Source: an uncultured Bacteroidales bacterium
Lineage (GTDB): Bacteria > Bacteroidota > Bacteroidia > Bacteroidales > UBA7960
Assembly: GCA_964589855.1 (NCBI GenBank)
Contig: CAZPVB010000001.1
Coordinates: forward strand, 25,622 to 89,621
Direction: 5' to 3'
Length of the DNA stretch: 64,000 bases
Under the pieces are notes generated by a model. That model did not search any database. It had not been told where the DNA came from and worked only from the letters and a program-made list of their open reading frames with translations. Below are positions 27,725 to 35,411 of this stretch, piece after piece; within the stretch, counting starts at the first letter, position 1, and every line of letters begins with the position of its first letter. Both the position numbers and the translations under genes were made by a program.

Positions 27725-30700
27725 ATGAAAAACTTTTTCAAACTTAAAATTTTACTGGTATTAGCCGCTTTATGCTTTTCGCCGGTTGTTTACGGTCAGT
27801 TGATCACCATTGATGGCGACATTGAAGATACATGGAATACTGCAGAATGGAGACCTGTTGCCAAAGTATTACAAGGTGCAGAAAATATAACTGACGATGC
27901 CGATTTTAGTTCCAGACATAAAATCTTATGGGATGAAAACGGATTTTATGTGTTAATAGAGATTATGGATGATGTTCTTGAAAATGGACAAGGAGATGCC
28001 TGGCAAAATGACATGGTGGAAATCTATTTTGATATGGATAACTCCAAGAATATCCTTAAACCAGGTGCATCATGGAATGTAACATCCTATGACGATAACG
28101 ACTTCCAATTTCGTCATGTAATTGATGTTGACGGAGTAACCGGAGGTGCTGAAGGTGCTTCTGTAGATTTTGGTGATGATTTATCACAGGCAGGTATGTA
28201 TGTGCTTGAGTTCCATTTCGACTGGGCAGATCTTGGTCTCACAGAAGCCCTTGTAGAAGAAGATCAGATAGGTTTTGATATCACGATAGGAGATAACGAC
28301 GGCAATGACAGCAGAGAATCTTACCTTGGTTGGAACACGCCCTCCGGAGAAATATACCATGATGCCAGCCTTTTTGGCACCCTCACACTGATGCCAGGAA
28401 ATATTACAGAGGTGCCTGACGGTGTAGTGATTGATGGTAAACCCGATCCTGTATGGCATAACATGCCCTGGTACGGCATTAACAAAGTTATTGATGGACC
28501 AGAAACTATTGATCCCAATGACTTTAGCGGATCATTTAAAACATTCTGGAATGAAGAAGGTATCCACGTTTGGGCGCTTGTTGTAGATGATACACTTACT
28601 CCTGATGGAAACAACAGTTATTTTCATAACGATATGATGGAGATATACTTTGATATGGACAACTCCAAAAATCCTCTGCCGGAAGGTGCATGGTGGAATG
28701 TTTCCTCTTATGATGAAAATGATTTTCAGTTTCATTTACTCTACTCTAAAGACACCATATTTGGTGGAGATGAACCGATAACCGATATTGCTCAGGTAAT
28801 CCAGGAAGGTGATTTTTATTCTGTAGAGATGCTGTTCACTTGGGAGAACCTTGGTCTTACAGGTCCGTTAAGTCTTAATGATACGATTGGTTTTGATGTA
28901 GTTACGGCAGACAATGATGATTCTGAAAACCGCAAAACCATGCTTAGCTGGCACACAATTGACGGGGAAGCTTATCATGATGCCAGCAGATTTGGTACTC
29001 TTTATCTTGATGCTGATGGTTTATTGTCTGTGCCGGAAGGAGTTACCATTGACGGGAAGAAAGATCCTCTCTGGTCTGATATTGAAAGACATGCAATCGA
29101 AACATTTGTAGATGACACACATGCAGAAACCATCAATGACAACCTTGACTTCAGCGGATATCATCAGGTTTATTGGGACCAGGATGGTTTATACCTGTGG
29201 GTACAGGTAAACGACGATACCCTTACCACTACTGAAGATCTTCCTTACTGGCAGGTAGACAATATGGAAGTTTATCTTGACATGGATAACTCTAAAAACC
29301 CGTGCCCGGGATGTGCATGGAACGAAAATTCCTACGATGAAAATGATTTCCAGTTTCAACTGAGAATTGGGGGTGAACTCAACGAAAGAATAGAATCAGG
29401 TTATGCTGATTATTCTCAGATTGTTTTTGAAGGAGGATATACTGCTGAGTTTTTCTTCCCATTCGATTCATTAAATATCGATAAAGAGTTTGCGGTTGGC
29501 GATCTTATTGGTTTTGATGTTTACCTTACTGACAACGACGACAGCGACTCAAGAGATGCAATACTGACATGGTTTGATGATAGCGGTGAAGCTTACCACA
29601 ATCCCAGCAGATTCGGAACCATTGAACTGCTTGAAAATGGCATGACCTCTCCAAGCAATGAATGTGAAACCATACCCCCAACCCCACCTACAAATCTTTC
29701 TTCTGAGAATTTAACCTCTAGCTTTATGATTTACTGGGATGCTTCAGAAGATAATGTTGCGGTAATTGGATATGAAGTATACCGTGTTGATGACAATGAG
29801 GATGTACTTGTTGGATCTGTATTCGACACGCAAATAGAGATATTTGAATTTGAATCTGAAGGCACCTACACTTTCAAAGTAAGGGCTTATGATGGATGTG
29901 AAAACTACTCTGCTTTTAGCGAAGATCTTACCCTTACTGCCCCTGAAGTAATAAAATACCCAATCATTAAAGCCAATAGCGCAGTTACTCTTGATGGTAA
30001 AGCAGACGAGGATTTCTGGGAACTGGCTGCCTGGGATACTGCAACAATTTACAAAAAAGACCCAACAAATGAAGATGAAGATTTAGTTCCTGCCGAGCAG
30101 GATCTGCATGTAATATTCGCTATGGCATGGGATGAAGACTATTTGTATACATTTATAGACGTTTCTGATGCCAATGTAGAAAATTGGGATGGTGTATCCA
30201 ACGACTGGCCAACAAGGAACGTTCCTTTCCAATTCGATTGCATTGAATTATGCATCGGTGGATCCAATGTAAGATACGTTTCGGATGCAGGTCTCAGAGA
30301 TGGAGACTCTCAGTGGAGGTTCAATACAGGAGTATCTGACCAGATAACAGGAAACCCGGGTGGTGTAGATTTGAATGACTATAACGTGGAATTCTCAGAG
30401 GGTATCAGTCTGCGTAATGCAGGTGGATATACATTCGAGATCAAATTCCCCTGGAGTGCGGTTTACAGAGATATTGACACTCCTGCTGATCTTGGGGTAG
30501 GAACAGAGTTCCTGTTTGCTTTGATTAATATCGACAACGATGGCAGAATGGACGGAGATATGTTTTTACGTGATCATGAGCTCGCTTACTGGGATGGAAC
30601 AGGAAACCACTGGAAGCAAACCAATGGATACAAAACAGCAGTTTTGGGTACAAGTACATCCACAGAACGTGTTGCTATGCAACAGGTTCCCGTTAATATA

Positions 30701-30919
30701 TTCCCTAATCCTTCTTCAGGTATTGTAAACATTTCAATGAACAGTGAGATTAAATCTGTTTCATTCTACAACGTACTTGGAAAAGAGGTACTGAATCTGA
30801 ACGATCCGGGAACTGATCTGGTTGAAGTTCCTGTAAGTAATCTGGAAGAAGGAATCTATATTATAGAATCTACCGACGTTAACGGACAGGTAGGAATATC
30901 ACGCTTTATTAAAAGATAA
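27725..30919 (+). CDS. T9SS-secreted multi-CBM9-like (DOMON-type carbohydrate-binding) protein with an FN3 domain
   Basis: 1064 aa with a signal peptide. Three ~200-aa tandem repeats sit at aa 27-222, 235-428 and 440-635, sharing IDG..D..W, (M/V)E(I/V)Y(F/L)DMDNSKN, NDFQF, IGFD, DNDD and AYH(D/N).S.FGT. An FN3 domain spans aa ~650-739 and a divergent fourth CBM9-like module spans aa ~752-975. The C-terminal sorting domain carries NIFPNPSSG...GIYIIES. Confidence 0.8.
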   Translation: MKNFFKLKILLVLAALCFSPVVYGQLITIDGDIEDTWNTAEWRPVAKVLQGAENITDDADFSSRHKILWDENGFYVLIEIMDDVLENGQGDAWQNDMVEIYFDMDNSKNILKPGASWNVTSYDDNDFQFRHVIDVDGVTGGAEGASVDFGDDLSQAGMYVLEFHFDWADLGLTEALVEEDQIGFDITIGDNDGNDSRESYLGWNTPSGEIYHDASLFGTLTLMPGNITEVPDGVVIDGKPDPVWHNMPWYGINKVIDGPETIDPNDFSGSFKTFWNEEGIHVWALVVDDTLTPDGNNSYFHNDMMEIYFDMDNSKNPLPEGAWWNVSSYDENDFQFHLLYSKDTIFGGDEPITDIAQVIQEGDFYSVEMLFTWENLGLTGPLSLNDTIGFDVVTADNDDSENRKTMLSWHTIDGEAYHDASRFGTLYLDADGLLSVPEGVTIDGKKDPLWSDIERHAIETFVDDTHAETINDNLDFSGYHQVYWDQDGLYLWVQVNDDTLTTTEDLPYWQVDNMEVYLDMDNSKNPCPGCAWNENSYDENDFQFQLRIGGELNERIESGYADYSQIVFEGGYTAEFFFPFDSLNIDKEFAVGDLIGFDVYLTDNDDSDSRDAILTWFDDSGEAYHNPSRFGTIELLENGMTSPSNECETIPPTPPTNLSSENLTSSFMIYWDASEDNVAVIGYEVYRVDDNEDVLVGSVFDTQIEIFEFESEGTYTFKVRAYDGCENYSAFSEDLTLTAPEVIKYPIIKANSAVTLDGKADEDFWELAAWDTATIYKKDPTNEDEDLVPAEQDLHVIFAMAWDEDYLYTFIDVSDANVENWDGVSNDWPTRNVPFQFDCIELCIGGSNVRYVSDAGLRDGDSQWRFNTGVSDQITGNPGGVDLNDYNVEFSEGISLRNAGGYTFEIKFPWSAVYRDIDTPADLGVGTEFLFALINIDNDGRMDGDMFLRDHELAYWDGTGNHWKQTNGYKTAVLGTSTSTERVAMQQVPVNIFPNPSSGIVNISMNSEIKSVSFYNVLGKEVLNLNDPGTDLVEVPVSNLEEGIYIIESTDVNGQVGISRFIKR
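27803..29629 (+). repeat. Three tandem ~620-nt coding repeats (CBM9-like modules)
   Basis: The nucleotide-level landmark GA(A/G)AT(C/A)TA(T/C)TTTGATATGGA(T/C)AACTCCAA recurs near 28018 and 28640, with a related GAAGTTTATCTTGACATGGATAACTCTAA near 29267. Confidence 0.75.
30686..30916 (+). other. Type IX secretion system C-terminal sorting domain
   Basis: The domain reads VPVNIFPNPSSGIVNISMNSEIKSVSFYNVLGKEVLNLNDPGTDLVEVPVSNLEEGIYIIESTDVNGQVGISRFIKR. This is the typical Por-secretion CTD pattern. Confidence 0.8.
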
Positions 30920-30941
30920 TAGGTTTAGGTAGTGATTAGGA

Positions 30942-30970
30942 CCGTGGGGTTATATCCCCACGGTTTTTTT
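30942..30970 (+). terminator. Rho-independent terminator between the CBM9-like gene and the beta-helix gene
   Basis: The stem is CCGTGGGG / CCCCACGG (8 bp perfect) with loop TTATAT, followed by T7. It starts 23 nt after the stop codon. Confidence 0.8.
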
Positions 30971-31096
30971 CTTTCTGCAACATCCCTAAATGCTTTTATC
31001 CATTCATCATCCTTCAAAAATAACACGTACATCGCACCCATTCTAACACAAGGTTTTTCAATTAAAATCTTCTTTGTTTTTCAAAAACATACCATA

Positions 31097-33229
31097 ATGA
31101 AAAAAAATATTCTCTGTTTTCTTCTGTTTTCCTTCTCAATTCTCTGTGCCAATGCGCAGGCGGAAACAGACACTACCAATATAAATAATATAATTTACGT
31201 AAATATTAACCACACAAACGCCAGCGATAACAATACCGGACTAACCCCAGATGAACCCATAAAAACACTGCAAAAAGCCATTGACCTATGTGAAGATATC
31301 AGATCCAAAATAGTGATCTACCCCGGGCATTACCGCTCCTATATCGACATTCTGTCGAATGAACTACTGATACTGGAGGCAACCGAACCAGGAAAAGTTT
31401 ACATTACAGGAAGTGATGTTTTTTCAGACTGGACACTCCAGGATACCCTTTACAGCCATCAGTGGGATTATGACTGGGGATATTTTGATGATTCCGATTT
31501 TTGTTTTGGCCCCTGCAACCTGAGCAACTACCAAAAACGCAGAGAATTGGTTTTTATCGATTCTTTACCTGTAAGACAAGTGGTAAAGAAAACTGACCTG
31601 GAACCCAATACTTTTTTCGTTGACGAGGAGAATGATCAGATCCTGCTGAATCCACCATCATCAGTTGACATACAATCAGCCATGGTTGAAGTATCTACCA
31701 GAGGGTTTGACATTTATGGCGAAGGAAGAAACGGCACCCTTGTAAAAGCAACGGTTTTCAACGGATCTGGTTTGATCATCCGAGGTATTGTTTTCCAACA
31801 TGTGGCCAATACCATTCACCAGGATGCGCTCACTGTATCCTATTCAGATAATGTAATCATCGAAGACTGTGTTTTTCAGTGGAACAATGCAGTAGGACTG
31901 GAAATGAGTAACTGCCAGAATGTAACCGTGAAAAACACCATTATCAGACATAATGGCGAACGCGGAATGGGTATTGCTGATGGTGTCAACTTTCACCTTT
32001 CCGGACTGGAATTCTACGAAAACAATTGGAGAACCAATGCTCCAAAAGTAATTGCACACGATGCGGCAGGTTTAAAAATAATTGCCGGTTCTGAAAATAT
32101 TGTTATAGAAGACATTCATGCCTACAATAATTATTGTCATGTAATCTGGTTTGACTGGAACAACAGCAACTCCGTCATCAAAAATGCATTGATCGAGAAC
32201 AACCAGGAGGCCGGAATCATGCTGGAAGCCAGCAGAAAACCAGCATCAGTGCTGAACTGCACACTCAGATACAATAAGACAGGGATTTTAGGCTACGGGC
32301 ATGCCAACGTTCTGGTTGACAGCACCTTCTTTTTTGCCAACAATGCTCAGATAAGTCTGGGACAGGACGGAAGAACGGTTTCGCAGGATGGAAACTGGGA
32401 GATCAATTGTAACGACTGGACCATCAGGAATTCTAAAATCTTTGCAGCCAAACCATCCCAGGGAATGTTGTCATTCTTTGAATATTTTTCACCATCCACC
32501 CATGCTGCTTCCGATTTTTTTAATACAGCGGTGGCAGATTCAAACTACTTTTATCACCCTGAGGGAGATCAACAGTGGCCTGATGGTCAAAGCGCCAACG
32601 GTGGGCAACTTACACTGGATGAATGGCGTGTTGCAACAGGTCAGGACATCAATTCAATATGGCAAAAACCCACTCCCGACGATGTAGGCGGCAACCTTCC
32701 GCCTGTCGCCGTTCTTGAATACAATTTCTTCAATGATACAGTACTGCAGTTTTTTGCCGATAAGTCATATGACCCCGAAGGACTCATCAATTCATACAAA
32801 TGGTATTTTGGTGATGGTGAAACCAGCAACGACAAAAACATCAATCATTTTTACAGCATCACCGGATATGTGGATGTAAGTCTGGTAGTCACCGATTTCT
32901 TCGGTGAGAAAGACAGCGTTTCAGTAACACTTTATATCGGACCCACTTCGGTTGATGAACCCACAAATGTAAATTCTTTTGCACGCATATACCCTAATCC
33001 TGCACGGGATCAGTTTTTTATTGAGGTATCACCCGCACATGCCAGAGGAAAGGGAATAATAAGAATCACCAATAATCTGGGACAATGTATTTTTGAGCAA
33101 AGACTCATCAGCAAACCAGGATCGATAGGACCGTTTGATGTAAGCAAACTTGAACCCGGCGTTTATTTTGTTTCGATCATCATGGAAAACGGAGAAAAAG
33201 CAACTCAAAAAATCATCAGATATGAATAA
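31097..33229 (+). CDS. T9SS-secreted parallel beta-helix protein with PKD domain (paralogue of 292..1944)
   Basis: I chose the ATG at 31097 (MKKNILCFLLFSFSILCANAQA signal peptide). The GTG at 30932 in the ORF track would read through the terminator hairpin. It shares long identical stretches with the 292..1944 protein (GHYRSY.DI..N.LLILEA..PG.V(F/Y)ITGSD, FDDSDFCFGPCNLS.YQ.RRE, IIRHNGERGMG, IAHDAAG(I/L)K, NNYCH.IWFDW.N). A PKD domain (YKWYFGDGETS...VSLVVTD) and a T9SS CTD (IYPNPARDQFFIEV...GVYFVSI) follow. Confidence 0.85.
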   Translation: MKKNILCFLLFSFSILCANAQAETDTTNINNIIYVNINHTNASDNNTGLTPDEPIKTLQKAIDLCEDIRSKIVIYPGHYRSYIDILSNELLILEATEPGKVYITGSDVFSDWTLQDTLYSHQWDYDWGYFDDSDFCFGPCNLSNYQKRRELVFIDSLPVRQVVKKTDLEPNTFFVDEENDQILLNPPSSVDIQSAMVEVSTRGFDIYGEGRNGTLVKATVFNGSGLIIRGIVFQHVANTIHQDALTVSYSDNVIIEDCVFQWNNAVGLEMSNCQNVTVKNTIIRHNGERGMGIADGVNFHLSGLEFYENNWRTNAPKVIAHDAAGLKIIAGSENIVIEDIHAYNNYCHVIWFDWNNSNSVIKNALIENNQEAGIMLEASRKPASVLNCTLRYNKTGILGYGHANVLVDSTFFFANNAQISLGQDGRTVSQDGNWEINCNDWTIRNSKIFAAKPSQGMLSFFEYFSPSTHAASDFFNTAVADSNYFYHPEGDQQWPDGQSANGGQLTLDEWRVATGQDINSIWQKPTPDDVGGNLPPVAVLEYNFFNDTVLQFFADKSYDPEGLINSYKWYFGDGETSNDKNINHFYSITGYVDVSLVVTDFFGEKDSVSVTLYIGPTSVDEPTNVNSFARIYPNPARDQFFIEVSPAHARGKGIIRITNNLGQCIFEQRLISKPGSIGPFDVSKLEPGVYFVSIIMENGEKATQKIIRYE
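32978..33226 (+). other. Type IX secretion system C-terminal sorting domain
   Basis: The domain reads FARIYPNPARDQFFIEVSPAHARGKGIIRITNNLGQCIFEQRL...LEPGVYFVSIIMENGEKATQKIIRYE. Confidence 0.8.
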
Positions 33230-35243
33230 AGGGGTTTTTAAAGTGCCATCAGAACTTCAATTATATTTTTCACTTTTTATCATTCTGTTTTTTACCGCAT
33301 TCACATCCACTGCAGCTCGCTATTATGTGTCATCATCAACCGGTAGCGACAGCAACAACGGGCAATCAACCAATAATCCCTTTCAAACACTGAATGCGGT
33401 AAACGATCTGGATCTTTTACCCGGTGACACTGTTTTTCTAAAACGGGGAGATAAGTTTCACGGCACACTCAGGATTGATAAAAGTGGGAATGCTTCCGAT
33501 GAAATTGTGATTACATCATACAGCAATGGCAATCTTCCCGTTATAACAGGAGCAAAAACCATCAGTGAGTTTCAACCGAATGGAGAACTGATGAAGGTTA
33601 CAACAGAAAATCCTGTTTATGCTGTTTTTATTGATGACCAATTTGTACTTCCGGCGCGGTATCCCAACAGCGACTACCTGTATTTCGATGGTGGAGGCAG
33701 AGATTTTATGATTGACAGCGAAAATCCTAAAAATAAATTTGACCTTACCCGTGCAACCATCAGAATGCGCATTAAAAACTGGAGTTACGAAAACAAGAAG
33801 GTAGTAAGGGTGAACGAGGATACCGTGTTCTTTGACCGCCCGCTTTGGTCTAATAACTACGAAAAATACGTGTGCGAACCCGGTTGGGGATATTTCCTGG
33901 ACAATAATAAGGAGTTTATTGATGGCAACCATGACTGGGCTTTTGACGATCAATCCGGCTCTCTGCACATCCAAAACCCGGAAATGAAAGCAATTGAGAT
34001 TTCCAATGTGGAGCATGGACTGATTTTGAATGAAGGGGTGAGCCATTTCAAAATTGAACATGTTGTTTTTGAGAAATTCTACCAAACCGGGATTCTTATG
34101 CATCAGCATGTGCAAAACATCACCATCAGTGAATGTGAGTTTCGTAATATTTTTCACAAAGGCATCAAGGCACTTGAAAACACAAAAATGGTAACCATCT
34201 CCAGTTGTAAACTGGAAGATATACTGGGTCAGGGTATATCGGTGCTGGAAGGTAATAACTTTCTGATAGAAAATAATTTACTTAAAAGAATAGGATTACA
34301 ACCCGGTTATGGAATTGATGGGAATAATGGCGGAATGGGTATCATCATCACCAACAACGAAACCCGTCCGGAAGGATATACAACCATCTCACACAATAAT
34401 ATCATCCGTAAAAACCGTGTTGACAGTGTGGGAAATTATGCCATCAGAATGGATGGCAAGAACAGCCTGTGCGAGTATAACCATGTCTCCAATGGTCTGC
34501 TAAGCTTTAACGACGGCGCACTTATTTATAGCTGGGGTATGGATCCTACTTTCAGCAATCATAACATTATACAACACAATATTGTAACAAAAACACATGG
34601 CAACATGAAGGGTACTCCCCATGATCATTTGATAAGCATTGGTATTTACATCGATAACAATGTAAACAACGTGATCGTGCGAAACAATACGGTTACCCAT
34701 GCCAATATGGGAATACTTTTCAACAGCAAATCATTTGAAAACCAGGCACATAACAACATTCTTTTTGATAACACATCAGGCATTAGTTTTTCTGAATACC
34801 ATAAAGGGGAACCCATTTATGGCATGGAGGTGAAAAACAATACCATTGTAGGACTGGATTATGACGACCGTGCTTTATACTCCAAGAGCTTTGTGCATAG
34901 CTCGCTTGATCCGGGTGTTATTGACAGCAATTTCTATTACAACCCAAAGGTTGAGTTCTTTATCAATGCCATTACAACCTATGAAACTTTTCGTCGTGAT
35001 GAAGAGATGAGCCTGAAGGAGTGGCAGAAAAGAGGATTCGATCTGCACTCCGAAACCATTGATAATAATGGTTCAACCCAAAGGAACTACTCACCGCAAC
35101 ATTTCATCAATTATGAATATGAGGCAAAAGAGATACCCCTGGATGATGGTTATCAATACTTCAATCTGTCAGAAGAGCCCATCACAAGCGTAAGCATACC
35201 GCCCTTTTCATCGGTGGTGGTGTTGCGTAATCTTTCAAACTGA
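33222..35243 (+). CDS. Secreted right-handed parallel beta-helix protein (second, unrelated type)
   Basis: The ATG at 33222 overlaps the upstream stop by 8 nt (TATGAATAA). It has a signal/anchor segment (LYFSLFIILFFTAFTSTAA). The N-terminus YYVSSSTGSDSNNGQSTNNPFQTLNAVNDLDLLPGDTVFLKRGDKFHG is typical of beta-helix lyase/hydrolase-like proteins. Many N-rich helix turns are present (ISECEFRNIFHKGI, IENNLLKRIG, IIRKNRVDSVGNYAI, VIVRNNTVTHANMGI). Confidence 0.75.
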   Translation: MNKGVFKVPSELQLYFSLFIILFFTAFTSTAARYYVSSSTGSDSNNGQSTNNPFQTLNAVNDLDLLPGDTVFLKRGDKFHGTLRIDKSGNASDEIVITSYSNGNLPVITGAKTISEFQPNGELMKVTTENPVYAVFIDDQFVLPARYPNSDYLYFDGGGRDFMIDSENPKNKFDLTRATIRMRIKNWSYENKKVVRVNEDTVFFDRPLWSNNYEKYVCEPGWGYFLDNNKEFIDGNHDWAFDDQSGSLHIQNPEMKAIEISNVEHGLILNEGVSHFKIEHVVFEKFYQTGILMHQHVQNITISECEFRNIFHKGIKALENTKMVTISSCKLEDILGQGISVLEGNNFLIENNLLKRIGLQPGYGIDGNNGGMGIIITNNETRPEGYTTISHNNIIRKNRVDSVGNYAIRMDGKNSLCEYNHVSNGLLSFNDGALIYSWGMDPTFSNHNIIQHNIVTKTHGNMKGTPHDHLISIGIYIDNNVNNVIVRNNTVTHANMGILFNSKSFENQAHNNILFDNTSGISFSEYHKGEPIYGMEVKNNTIVGLDYDDRALYSKSFVHSSLDPGVIDSNFYYNPKVEFFINAITTYETFRRDEEMSLKEWQKRGFDLHSETIDNNGSTQRNYSPQHFINYEYEAKEIPLDDGYQYFNLSEEPITSVSIPPFSSVVVLRNLSN

Positions 35244-35411
35244 CCGGACAAAAATCCGCTTCAAGACCCTCAGAATAATTTTTCGGACAGAGAGTACAAA
35301 AAACAACAGGAGATCCGGTTATTTTTGATACTCAGATTATTTATGCCATATTCGCTGATATCAGAGACAAGCTAAAATGAGAAAATTACATTAAAAATCA
35401 CTTCATAAAAC

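Noticed and set aside
30932-31096. GTG-initiated N-terminal extension of the T9SS beta-helix ORF in the six-frame track
   Set aside because: The extension reads through the terminator hairpin at 30942-30970 and contains no signal peptide. The ATG at 31097 gives a canonical signal peptide.
33150-33221. Alternative-start extensions in the ORF track (TTG 33150, TTG 50416, TTG 54856, TTG 55649)
   Set aside because: In each case the first ATG gives a sensible N-terminus (a signal peptide, or MKNEDYKILLVDD for the receiver). The extension overlaps the upstream gene or adds non-homologous residues.
33516-34157. 213-aa antisense ORF inside the beta-helix gene, and other long shadow ORFs (6158-6520, 36127-36585, 38356-38817, 22305-22673)
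   Set aside because: All lie fully within, and out of frame with or antisense to, genes with strong family signatures. None has recognisable motifs, so they are typical shadow ORFs.
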